Sequence record: PX759567.1
DNA: 39,152 bases
From: a phage
Strand: one strand, 5' to 3'
Part shown: piece after piece, positions 9,430 through 19,211 of the stretch
Numbering within the stretch: position 1 is the stretch's first letter
Layout: every line of letters starts with the position of its first letter
Program-made: the position numbers and the translations under genes
The notes under the pieces: generated by a model
What the model was told of the DNA's origin: nothing
The model's input: only the letters and a program-made list of their open reading frames with translations
Databases searched by the model: none

Positions 9430-11814
9430 ATGGCGCTCATTAGCCAATCAATCAAGAACTTGAAGGGTGGTATCAGTCAACAGCCTGACATCCTTCGTTA
9501 TCCAGACCAAGGGTCACGCCAAGTTAACGGTTGGTCTTCGGAGACCGAGGGCCTCCAAAAGCGTCCACCTCTGGTTTTCCTTAAGACCCTAGGAGGAAGT
9601 GGTGACTTAGGGCCAGCGCCTTACGTCCACCTGATTAACCGTGATGAGAACGAACAGTATTACGCTGTGTTCACTGGTAGTGGAATCAGAGTGTTCGACC
9701 TTGCTGGTAACGAGAAGCAAGTTAGGTATCCTAACGGTTCCAACTACATCCAGACCGCTCAGCCACGTAACGACCTGCGAATGGTTACTGTAGCAGACTA
9801 TACGTTCATCGTTAACCGAAACGTTGTTGTACAGAAGGACCCACTTCATATCAACTTACCGAATTATAACCCTAAGCAGGACGGATTGATAAACGTCCGT
9901 GGTGGTCAGTATGGTAGGGAACTAATTGTACACATTAACGGTAAAGACGTTGCGAAGTATAAGATCCCAGATGGTAGTAAACCTGAACACGTAAACAATA
10001 CGGATGCCCAATGGTTAGCCGAAGAGTTAGCCAAGCAGATGCGCACTAACTTGTCTGATTGGACTGTAGATGTAGGGCAAGGGTTCATCCATGTTACCGC
10101 ACCTAGTGGTCAACAGATTGACTCCTTCACGACTAAAGATGGCTACGCAGACCAGTTGATTAACCCTGTGACCCACTACGCTCAGTCGTTCTCTAAGCTG
10201 CCACCTAATGCTCCTAACGGCTACATGGTGAAAATCGTAGGGGACGCCTCTAAGTCTGCCGACCAGTATTACGTTCGGTATGACGATGGGCGTAAAGTCT
10301 GGACTGAGACTTTAGGTTGGGACACTGAGTCCCAAGTTCAATGGAACACCATGCCACACGCTCTTGTGCGAGCCTCTGATGGTAATTTCGACTTCAAGTG
10401 GCTTGAGTGGTCTCCTAAGTCTTGTGGTGACGTTGATACTAACCCTTGGCCTTCTTTTGTTGGTTCAAGTATCAACGATGTGTTCTTCTTCCGTAACCGT
10501 TTAGGTTTCCTTAGTGGGGAGAACATCATATTGAGTCGTACAGCAAAATACTTCAACTTCTACCCTGCGTCCATTGCGAACCTTAGTGATGACGACCCTA
10601 TAGACGTAGCTGTGAGTACCAACCGAATAGCAATCCTTAAGTACGCCGTTCCGTTCTCAGAAGGGTTACTCATCTGGTCCGATGAAGCACAATTCGTCCT
10701 GACTGCCTCGGGTACTCTCACATCTAAGTCGGTTGAGTTGAACCTAACGACCCAGTTTGACGTACAGGACCTAGCGAGACCTTATGGGATTGGTCGTAAT
10801 GTCTACTTTGCTAGTCCGAGGTCCAGCTACACGTCCATCCACAGGTACTACGCCGTGCAGGATGTAAGTTCCGTTAAGAACTCTGAGGACATTACATCAC
10901 ACGTTCCTAACTACATCCCTAATGGTGTGTTCAGTATTTGCGGAAGTGGTACGGAAAACTTCTGTTCGGTACTATCTCACGGGGACCCTAGTAAAATCTT
11001 CATGTACAAATTCATGTACCTGAATGAAGAGTTAAGGCAACAGTCGTGGTCTCATTGGGACTTTGGGGAAAACGTACAAGTTCTAGCTTGTCAGAGTATC
11101 AGCTCAGATATGTACGTTATTCTTCGCAATGAGTTCAATACGTTCCTAGCTAGAATCTCTTTCACTAAGAACGCCATTGACTTACAGGGAGAACCCTATC
11201 GTGCCTTTATGGACATGAAGGTTCGCTACACGATTCCTAGTGGAACATACAACGATGACACCTATACTACCTCTATTCACCTGCCAACAATCTATGGTGC
11301 AAACTTCGGTAGGGACGCAATCGCCGTATTGGAGCCTGATGGTAAGATAACCGTATGTGAGCAACCAACTGGTGGATGGAATAGTGACCCTTGGCTGAGA
11401 CTCAACGGTAACTTAGAGGGACGTGAAGTGTTCATTGGGTTCAACATACACTTCGTCTATGAGTTCTCTAAGTTTCTCATCAAGCAAACTGCCGACGATG
11501 GGTCTACCTCCACGGAAGACATTGGTCGTTTACAGTTACGCAGAGCGTGGGTTAACTACGAGGATTCTGGTACGTTCGACATTTATGTTGAGAACCAATC
11601 GTCCAACTGGAAGTACACAATGGCTGGTGCTAGATTAGGCTCTAACACTCTGAGGGCTGGGAGACTGAACTTAGGGACTGGACAATACCGATTCCCTGTA
11701 GTGGGCAACGCTAAGTTCAATACCGTATACATCGTGTCAGATGCGACTACCCCTCTGAACATCATTGGGTGTGGCTGGGAAGGTAACTACTTACGGAGAA
11801 GTTCCGGTATTTAA
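9430..11814 (+). CDS. 12: tail tubular protein B gp12
   Basis: 794-aa ORF, same length as T7 gp12. Confidence 0.95.
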   Translation: MALISQSIKNLKGGISQQPDILRYPDQGSRQVNGWSSETEGLQKRPPLVFLKTLGGSGDLGPAPYVHLINRDENEQYYAVFTGSGIRVFDLAGNEKQVRYPNGSNYIQTAQPRNDLRMVTVADYTFIVNRNVVVQKDPLHINLPNYNPKQDGLINVRGGQYGRELIVHINGKDVAKYKIPDGSKPEHVNNTDAQWLAEELAKQMRTNLSDWTVDVGQGFIHVTAPSGQQIDSFTTKDGYADQLINPVTHYAQSFSKLPPNAPNGYMVKIVGDASKSADQYYVRYDDGRKVWTETLGWDTESQVQWNTMPHALVRASDGNFDFKWLEWSPKSCGDVDTNPWPSFVGSSINDVFFFRNRLGFLSGENIILSRTAKYFNFYPASIANLSDDDPIDVAVSTNRIAILKYAVPFSEGLLIWSDEAQFVLTASGTLTSKSVELNLTTQFDVQDLARPYGIGRNVYFASPRSSYTSIHRYYAVQDVSSVKNSEDITSHVPNYIPNGVFSICGSGTENFCSVLSHGDPSKIFMYKFMYLNEELRQQSWSHWDFGENVQVLACQSISSDMYVILRNEFNTFLARISFTKNAIDLQGEPYRAFMDMKVRYTIPSGTYNDDTYTTSIHLPTIYGANFGRDAIAVLEPDGKITVCEQPTGGWNSDPWLRLNGNLEGREVFIGFNIHFVYEFSKFLIKQTADDGSTSTEDIGRLQLRRAWVNYEDSGTFDIYVENQSSNWKYTMAGARLGSNTLRAGRLNLGTGQYRFPVVGNAKFNTVYIVSDATTPLNIIGCGWEGNYLRRSSGI

Positions 11815-11844
11815 TTAAACGTTCTCCCTGTGGTGGTTCGAAAT

Positions 11845-11867
11845 TAATACGACTCACTATAGGGAGA
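11845..11867 (+). promoter_or_regulatory. T7 RNAP promoter phi13
   Basis: exact consensus 23-mer. Confidence 0.9.
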
Positions 11868-11894
11868 ACAATATGACTACGGGAGGGTTTTCTT

Positions 11895-12311
11895 ATGATG
11901 ACTATAAGACCTACTAAAAGTACAGACTTTGAGGTATTCACTCCGGCTCACCATGACATTCTCGAAGCTAAGGCTGCTGGTATTGAGCCGAGGTTCCCTG
12001 ATGCTTCCGAGTGTGTCACGTTGAGCCTCTATGGGTTCCCTCTAGCTATCGGTGGTAACTGCGAGGGCCGGTGTTGGTTCGTAACGAGCGACCAAGTGTG
12101 GCGACTTAGTGGAAAGGCTAAGCGAGAGTTCCGTAAGTTAATCATGGAGTATCGCGATAAGATGCTTGAGAAGTATGATACTCTTTGGAATTACGTATGG
12201 GTAGGCAATACGTCCCACATTCGTTTCCTCAAGACTATCGGTGCGGTATTCCATGAAGAGTATACACGCGATGGTCAATTTCAACTATTTACAATAACGA
12301 AAGGAGGATAA
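11895..12311 (+). CDS. 13: gene 13 internal virion protein
   Basis: 138-aa ORF as in T7. Confidence 0.9.
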   Translation: MMTIRPTKSTDFEVFTPAHHDILEAKAAGIEPRFPDASECVTLSLYGFPLAIGGNCEGRCWFVTSDQVWRLSGKAKREFRKLIMEYRDKMLEKYDTLWNYVWVGNTSHIRFLKTIGAVFHEEYTRDGQFQLFTITKGG

Positions 12312-12315
12312 CCAT

Positions 12316-12906
12316 ATGTGTTGGATGGCAGCTGTGCCGATTGCCTTGGCAGGCGCTCAGGCTATCAGTGGTCAGAACGCTCAGGCCAAAATGATTGCCG
12401 CTCAGACCGAAGCCGGTCGTCGTCAAGCTATGGAAATAATGAAGCAGACGAACATCCAGAATGCTGACCTATCGCTGCAAGCTCGAAGTAAACTTGAGGA
12501 AGCATCCGCTGAGTTGACCTCACAGAACATGCAGAAGGTACAAGCTCTGGGGTCAATCCGAGCGGCTATCGGAGAGAGTATGCTCGAAGGTGCCTCAATG
12601 GACCGCATTAAGCGAGTCACAGAAGGACAGTTCATTCGGGAAGCCAATATGGTAACTGATAACTATCGCCGCGACTACCAAGCAATCTTCGCACAGCAAC
12701 TTGGTGGCACTCAAAGTGCTGCAAGTCAGATTGACGAAATCTATAAGAGCGAACAGAAACAGAAGAGTAAGCTACAGATGGTTCTGGACCCACTGGTCGC
12801 CATGGGGTCTTCCGCTGCGAGTGCTTATGCATCCGGTGCGTTCGACTCTAAGTCCACAACTAAGGCACCTATTGTTGCCGCTAAAGGAACCAAGACGGGG
12901 AGGTAA
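12316..12906 (+). CDS. 14: internal virion protein B gp14
   Basis: 196-aa ORF as in T7. Confidence 0.9.
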   Translation: MCWMAAVPIALAGAQAISGQNAQAKMIAAQTEAGRRQAMEIMKQTNIQNADLSLQARSKLEEASAELTSQNMQKVQALGSIRAAIGESMLEGASMDRIKRVTEGQFIREANMVTDNYRRDYQAIFAQQLGGTQSAASQIDEIYKSEQKQKSKLQMVLDPLVAMGSSAASAYASGAFDSKSTTKAPIVAAKGTKTGR

Positions 12907-12912
12907 TGAGCT

Positions 12913-15156
12913 ATGAGTAAAATTGAATCTGCCCTTCAAGCGGCACAACCGGGACTCTCTCGGTTACGTGGTGGCGCTGGTGGTATGGGCTATCGTGCAG
13001 CAACCACTCAGGCTGAACAGCCAAGGTCAAGTCTATTGGACACCATTGGTCGGTTCGCTAAGGCTGGTGCTGATACGTATGCCGCTAAGGAACAGAGAGC
13101 ACGAGACCTAGCTGACGAACGTTCTAACGAGATTATCCGTAAGTTGACCCCTGAGCAACGCCGAGAGGCTCTCAACAACGGGACCCTTCTGTATCAGGAT
13201 GACCCATACGCTATGGAAGCACTCCGAGTCAAGACTGGTCGTAACGCAGCGTACCTTGTGGACGATGACGTTATGCAGAAGGTCAAAGAGGGTGTCTTCC
13301 GTACTCGTGAGGAGATGGAACAGTATCGTCATAGTCGTCTTCAAGAGGGCGCTAAGGCATACGCTGAGCAGTTCGGTATTGACCCAGAGGACGTTGATTA
13401 TCAGCGTGGTTTCAACGGGGACATCACCGAGCGTAACATCTCGCTGTATGGTGCACACGATAACTTCTTGAGCCAGCAAGCTCAGAAGGGTGCCATCATG
13501 AACAGCCGAGTGGAACTCAACGGTGTCCTTCAAGACCCTGATATGCTTCGCCGCCCAGACTCTGCTGACTTCTTTGAGAAGTACATCGACAATGGTCTGG
13601 TTACTGGGGCAATCCCATCTGATGCTCAAGCCACGCAGCTTATAAGCCAAGCGTTCAGTGACGCTTCTAGCCGTGCTGGTGGCGCTGACTTCCTGATGCG
13701 AGTCGGGGACAAGAAGGTAACGCTCAACGGGGCCACTACGACTTACCGAGAGTTGATGGGTGAGGAACAGTGGAATGCTCTAATGGTGACAGCACAACGC
13801 TCTCAGTTTGAGAATGACGCTAAGCTGAACGAGCAGTATCGTTTGAAGATTAACTCTGCGCTGAACCAAGAGGACCCGAGGACAGCTTGGGAGATGCTCC
13901 AAGGTATCAAGGCTGAACTCGATAAGGTTCAACCTGATGAGCAGATGACACCACAACGCGAGTGGTTAATCTCAGCACAGGAGCAAGTTCAGAATCAGAT
14001 GAACGCATGGACGAAAGCTCAGGCCAAGGCTCTGGATGACTCCATGAAGTCTATGAACAAACTTGACGTAATCGACAAGCAATTCCAGAAGCGAATCAAC
14101 GGTGAGTGGGTCTCAACGGACTTTAAGGATATGCCAGTCAATGAGAACACTGGTGAGTTCAAGCATAGTGATATGGTTAACTATGCCAATAAGAAGCTCG
14201 CTGAGATTGACAGTATGGACATTCCAGACGGTGCCAAGGATGCTATGAAGTTGAAGTACCTTCAAGCTGACTCTAAGGACGGAGCATTCCGTACAGCAAT
14301 CGGAACTATGGTTACTGATGCTGGTCAAGAGTGGTCTGCCGCTGTGATTAACGGTAAGTTACCAGAACGAACACCAGCTATGGATGCTCTACGCAGAATC
14401 CGCAATGCTGACCCTCAGTTGATTGCTGCGCTATACCCAGACCAAGCTGAGCTATTCCTGACTATGGACATGATGGACAAGCAGGGCATTGACCCTCAGG
14501 TTATTCTTGACGCTGACCGACTGACTGCCAAACGTTCCAAAGAGCAACGCTTCGAGGATGATAAGGCATTCGAGTCTGCACTGAATAGCTCTACGGCTCC
14601 TGAGATTGCCCGTATGCCAGCGTCACTTCGTGAATCTGCGCGTAAGATTTATGACTCCGTTAAGTATCGCTCAGGGAACGAAAGCATGGCTATGGAGCAG
14701 ATGACCAAGTTCCTTCAGGAGTCTACCTACACGTTCACTGGTGATGATGTTGATGGTGATACCGTTGGTGTAATTCCTAAGAACATGATACAGGTTAACT
14801 CTGACCCGAAATCGTGGGAGCAAGGTCGTGACATTCTGGAGGAAGCACGTAAGGGAATCATTGCGAGCAACCCTTGGATAACCAACAAGCAACTGACCAT
14901 GTATTCTCAAGGTGACTCCATTTACCTCATGGACACCACTGGTCAAGTCCGAGTACGTTATGATAAAGAGTTACTCTCGAAGGTCTGGAGTGAGAACCAG
15001 AAGAAACTCGAAGAGAAGGCTCGCGAGAAGGCTCTGGCTGATGTTAACAAGCGAGCACCTATAGTTGCCGCTACGAAGGCCCGTGAAGCTGGAGCTAAAC
15101 GAGTACGAGAGAAACGTAAACAGACTCCGAAGTTCATCTATGGACGTAAGGAGTAA
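12913..15156 (+). CDS. 15: internal virion protein C gp15
   Basis: 747-aa ORF as in T7. Confidence 0.95.
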   Translation: MSKIESALQAAQPGLSRLRGGAGGMGYRAATTQAEQPRSSLLDTIGRFAKAGADTYAAKEQRARDLADERSNEIIRKLTPEQRREALNNGTLLYQDDPYAMEALRVKTGRNAAYLVDDDVMQKVKEGVFRTREEMEQYRHSRLQEGAKAYAEQFGIDPEDVDYQRGFNGDITERNISLYGAHDNFLSQQAQKGAIMNSRVELNGVLQDPDMLRRPDSADFFEKYIDNGLVTGAIPSDAQATQLISQAFSDASSRAGGADFLMRVGDKKVTLNGATTTYRELMGEEQWNALMVTAQRSQFENDAKLNEQYRLKINSALNQEDPRTAWEMLQGIKAELDKVQPDEQMTPQREWLISAQEQVQNQMNAWTKAQAKALDDSMKSMNKLDVIDKQFQKRINGEWVSTDFKDMPVNENTGEFKHSDMVNYANKKLAEIDSMDIPDGAKDAMKLKYLQADSKDGAFRTAIGTMVTDAGQEWSAAVINGKLPERTPAMDALRRIRNADPQLIAALYPDQAELFLTMDMMDKQGIDPQVILDADRLTAKRSKEQRFEDDKAFESALNSSTAPEIARMPASLRESARKIYDSVKYRSGNESMAMEQMTKFLQESTYTFTGDDVDGDTVGVIPKNMIQVNSDPKSWEQGRDILEEARKGIIASNPWITNKQLTMYSQGDSIYLMDTTGQVRVRYDKELLSKVWSENQKKLEEKAREKALADVNKRAPIVAATKAREAGAKRVREKRKQTPKFIYGRKE

Positions 15157-15182
15157 CTAAAGGCTACATAAGGAGGCCCTAA

Positions 15183-18100
15183 ATGGATAAGTACGATAAG
15201 AACGTACCAAGTGAGTATGATGGTCTGTTCCAGAAGGCGGCTGATGCCACAGGGGTCTCTTATGACCTTTTACGTAAAGTCGCTTGGACAGAATCACGAT
15301 TTGTGCCTACAGCAAAATCCAAGACTGGACCATTAGGCATGATGCAATTCACCAAGGAAACCGCTAAGGCCCTCGGTCTGCGAGTTACCGATGGTCCAGA
15401 CGACGACCGACTGAACCCTGAGTTAGCCATCAATGCTGCCGCTAAGCACCTTGCAGGTCTGGTAGGTAAATTCGATGGTGATGAACTCAAAGCTGCCCTT
15501 GCGTATAACCAAGGCGAGGGACGCTTGGGTAATCCTCAACTTGAGGCGTACTCAAAGGGAGACTTCGCGTCCATCTCTGAGGAGGGGCGTAATTACATGC
15601 GTAGCCTTCTGGATGTTGCTAAGTCACCTATGGCTGGACAGTTGGAAACTTTTGGAGGTATCACCCCAAAGGGTAAAGGCATTCCGGCTGAGGTAGGATT
15701 GGCTGGAATTGGTCATAAGCAGAAGGTGACACAGGAACTACCTGAGTCCACAAGTTTTGACGTTAAGGGTATCGAACAGGAGGCTCCGGCGAAACCATTC
15801 GCCAAGGACTTTTGGGAGACCCACGGAGAAACGCTTGACGAATACAACAGTCGTTCAACCTTCTTCGGATTCAAAAATGCTGCCGAAGCTGAACTCTCCA
15901 ACTCAGTCGCTGGGATGGCTTTCCGTGCTGGTCGTCTCGATAATGGTTTTGACGTGTTTAAAGACACCATTACGCCGACTCGCTGGAACTCTCACATCTG
16001 GACTCCAGAAGAGTTAGAGAAGATTAGAACAGAGGTTAAGAACCCTGCGTACATCAACGTGGTAACTGGTGGTTCCCCTGAGAATCTTGATGACCTTATT
16101 AAGCTGGCTAACGAGAACTTTGAGAATGACTCACTCGCTGCCGAAGCTGGTCTAGGTGCAAAACTGAGTGCTGGTATTATTGGCGCTGGCGTGGACCCTC
16201 TTAGCTATGTCCCTATGGTCGGTGTCACTGGTAAGGGCTTTAAGTTAATCAATAAGGCTCTTGTAGTTGGTGCCGAAAGCGCTGCTCTGAACGTTGCATC
16301 CGAAGGTCTCCGTACCTCCGTAGCTGGTGGTGACGCAGACTATGCGGGTGCTGCCTTAGGTGGCTTTGTGTTTGGTGCTGGTATGTCCGCAATCAGTGAC
16401 GCTGTAGCTGCTGGTCTGAAACGTAGTAAACCAGAAGCTGAGTTCGATAATGAGTTCATTGGTCCTATGATGCGAATGGAAGCCCGTGAGACAGCGCGTA
16501 ACGCCAACTCTGCGGACCTCTCTCGTATGAACACTGAGAACATGAAGTTTGAGGGTGAGCATAACGGAGTACCTTATGAGGACCTTCCTACTGAGAAGGG
16601 CGCTGTGGTACTGCACGATGGCTCCGTTCTAAGTGCAAGCAACCCAATCAACCCTAAGACCCTCAAAGAGTTCTCTGAGGTTTACCCTGAGAAGGCTGCG
16701 CGAGGAATCAAACTTGCTGGGTTCACCGAGATTGGCTTGAAGACCTTGGGGTCTGACGATGCTGACATCCGTAGAGTGGCTATCGACCTCGTTCGCTCTC
16801 CTACCGGTATGCAGTCTGGTGCCTCCGGTAAGTTCGGTGCAACAGCTTCTGACATCCATGAGAGACTTCATGGTACTGACCAGCGTACTTACAATGACTT
16901 GTACAAAGCAATGTCTGACGCTATGAAAGACCCTGAGTTCTCTACTGGTGGAGCTAAGATGTCCCGTGAAGAAACTCGCTACACTATCTACCGTAGAGCG
17001 GCACTGGCTATTGAGCGCCCAGAGTTACAGAAGGCACTCACTCCGTCTGAGAGAATCGTTATGGACATCATTAAGCGTCACTTTGACACCAAGCGTGAAC
17101 TCATGGAGAATCCCGCAATCTTCGGTAATACGAAGGCTGTGAGTATCTTCCCTGAGAGTCGTCATAAGGGAACCTACGTTCCCCACGTATACGACCGACA
17201 CGCTAAGGCAATGATGATTCAGCGCTACGGTGCCGAAGGTTTACAGGAAGGTATTGCTCGTTCGTGGATGAACAGCTACGTCTCCAGACCTGAGGTCAAG
17301 GCCAGAGTCGATGAGATGCTTAAGGAAGTACACGGGGTGAAGGAAGTAACTCCAGAGATGGTAGAGAAGTACGCTATGGATAAGGCTTACGGTATCTCCC
17401 ATTCAGACCAGTTCTCCAACAGTTCCATCATCGAAGAGAACATTGAGGGCTTAGTAGGTATTGAGAACAACTCATTCCTTGAGGCACGTAACTTGTTTGA
17501 TTCGGACCTATCAATCACTATGCCGGACGGACAGCAATTCTCAGTGAACGACCTAAGGGACTTCGATATGTTCCGCATCATGCCAGCGTATGACCGCCGT
17601 ATCAATGGTGACATCGCTATCATGGGGTCTACAGGGAAAACAACTAAGGAACTTAAGGATGAGATTTTGGCTCTCAAAGCGAAAGCTGAGGGAGACGGTA
17701 AGAAGACTGGCGAGGTTCACGCTCTAACGGATACCGTTAAGATTCTTACTGGTCGTGCTCGACGTAATCAGGACACTGTGTGGGAAACCTCACTGCGTTC
17801 CATCAATGACCTAGGGTTCTTCGCTAAGAACGCCTACATGGGTGCTCAGAACATTACGGAGATTGCTGGGATGATCGCCACTGGTAACGTTCGTGCTCTC
17901 GGTCACGGTATACCAATTCTGCGCGATACGCTCTACAAGTCTAAACCAGTTTCCGCTAAGGAACTCAAGGAACTCCATGCGTCTCTGTTCGGGAAGGAGG
18001 TGGACCAGTTGATTCGGCCTAAACGTGCTGACATTGTGCAGCGCCTAAGGGAAGCAACTGATACCGGACCTGCTGTGGCGAACATCGTAGGGACCTTGAA

Positions 18101-19139
18101 GTATTCCACACAGGAACTGGCTGCTCGCTCTCCGTGGACTAAGCTGCTGAACGGAACCACTAACTACCTTCTGGATGCTGCGCGTCAAGGTATGCTTGGG
18201 GATGTTATTAGTGCCACCCTAACAGGCAAGACTACCCGCTGGGAGAAAGAAGGCTTCCTTCGTGGTGCCTCCGTAACTCCTGAGCAGATGGCTGGTATCA
18301 AGTCTCTCATCAAGGAACATATGGTACGTGGTGAGGACGGGAAGTTTACCGTTAAGGACAAGCAAGCGTTCTCTATGGACCCACGGGCTATGGACTTATG
18401 GCGACTGGCTGACAAGGTAGCTGATGAGGCAATGCTGCGTCCGCATAAGGTGTCCTTACAGGATTCCCATGCGTTCGGAGCGTTGGGTAAGATGGTAATG
18501 CAGTTTAAGTCTTTCACTATCAAATCCCTTAACTCCAAGTTCCTGCGAACCTTCTACGATGGATACAAGAACAACCGAGCGATTGACGCTGCGCTGAGTA
18601 TTATCACCTCTATGGGTCTCGCTGGTGGTTTCTACGCTATGGCTGCACACGTCAAGGCATATGCTCTGCCTAAGGAGAAACGTAAGGAGTACTTGGAGCG
18701 AGCACTGGACCCAACCATGATTGCACACGCTTCATTGTCTCGTAGTTCTCAATTGGGTGCTCCTTTGGCTATGGCTGACCTAGTTGGTGGTGTCTTAGGG
18801 TTCGAGTCCTCCAAGATGGCTCGCTCTACGATTCTACCTAAGGACACCACGAAGGAACGTGACCCAAACAAACCGTACACCTCGAGAGAGGTAATGGGTG
18901 CTATGGGTTCAAACCTTCTGGAGCAGATGCCTTCCGCTGGCTTTGTGGCTAACGTTGGGGCTACCTTAATGAATGCTGCTGGCGTGGTCAACTCACCTAA
19001 CAAAGCAACCGAGCAGGACTTCATGACTGGCTTAATGAACTCTACCAAGGAGTTAGTACCTAACGACCCTCTTACTCAACAGCTTGTGATTAAGATTTAT
19101 GAGGCCAATGGTGTTAACTTGAGGGAGCGTAGGAAATAA
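15183..19139 (+). CDS. 16: internal virion protein D gp16 with N-terminal lytic transglycosylase domain
   Basis: 1318-aa ORF; N-terminus has SLT-like motifs (TESRF..., MMQFTKETAKALGL, AYNQGEG). Confidence 0.95.
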   Translation: MDKYDKNVPSEYDGLFQKAADATGVSYDLLRKVAWTESRFVPTAKSKTGPLGMMQFTKETAKALGLRVTDGPDDDRLNPELAINAAAKHLAGLVGKFDGDELKAALAYNQGEGRLGNPQLEAYSKGDFASISEEGRNYMRSLLDVAKSPMAGQLETFGGITPKGKGIPAEVGLAGIGHKQKVTQELPESTSFDVKGIEQEAPAKPFAKDFWETHGETLDEYNSRSTFFGFKNAAEAELSNSVAGMAFRAGRLDNGFDVFKDTITPTRWNSHIWTPEELEKIRTEVKNPAYINVVTGGSPENLDDLIKLANENFENDSLAAEAGLGAKLSAGIIGAGVDPLSYVPMVGVTGKGFKLINKALVVGAESAALNVASEGLRTSVAGGDADYAGAALGGFVFGAGMSAISDAVAAGLKRSKPEAEFDNEFIGPMMRMEARETARNANSADLSRMNTENMKFEGEHNGVPYEDLPTEKGAVVLHDGSVLSASNPINPKTLKEFSEVYPEKAARGIKLAGFTEIGLKTLGSDDADIRRVAIDLVRSPTGMQSGASGKFGATASDIHERLHGTDQRTYNDLYKAMSDAMKDPEFSTGGAKMSREETRYTIYRRAALAIERPELQKALTPSERIVMDIIKRHFDTKRELMENPAIFGNTKAVSIFPESRHKGTYVPHVYDRHAKAMMIQRYGAEGLQEGIARSWMNSYVSRPEVKARVDEMLKEVHGVKEVTPEMVEKYAMDKAYGISHSDQFSNSSIIEENIEGLVGIENNSFLEARNLFDSDLSITMPDGQQFSVNDLRDFDMFRIMPAYDRRINGDIAIMGSTGKTTKELKDEILALKAKAEGDGKKTGEVHALTDTVKILTGRARRNQDTVWETSLRSINDLGFFAKNAYMGAQNITEIAGMIATGNVRALGHGIPILRDTLYKSKPVSAKELKELHASLFGKEVDQLIRPKRADIVQRLREATDTGPAVANIVGTLKYSTQELAARSPWTKLLNGTTNYLLDAARQGMLGDVISATLTGKTTRWEKEGFLRGASVTPEQMAGIKSLIKEHMVRGEDGKFTVKDKQAFSMDPRAMDLWRLADKVADEAMLRPHKVSLQDSHAFGALGKMVMQFKSFTIKSLNSKFLRTFYDGYKNNRAIDAALSIITSMGLAGGFYAMAAHVKAYALPKEKRKEYLERALDPTMIAHASLSRSSQLGAPLAMADLVGGVLGFESSKMARSTILPKDTTKERDPNKPYTSREVMGAMGSNLLEQMPSAGFVANVGATLMNAAGVVNSPNKATEQDFMTGLMNSTKELVPNDPLTQQLVIKIYEANGVNLRERRK

Positions 19140-19159
19140 TACGACTCACTATAGGGAGA
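19137..19159 (+). promoter_or_regulatory. T7 RNAP promoter phi17
   Basis: exact consensus overlapping gene 16 stop codon. Confidence 0.9.
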
Positions 19160-19211
19160 GGCGAAATAATCTTCTCCCTGTAGTCTCTTAGATTTACTTT
19201 AAGGAGGTCAA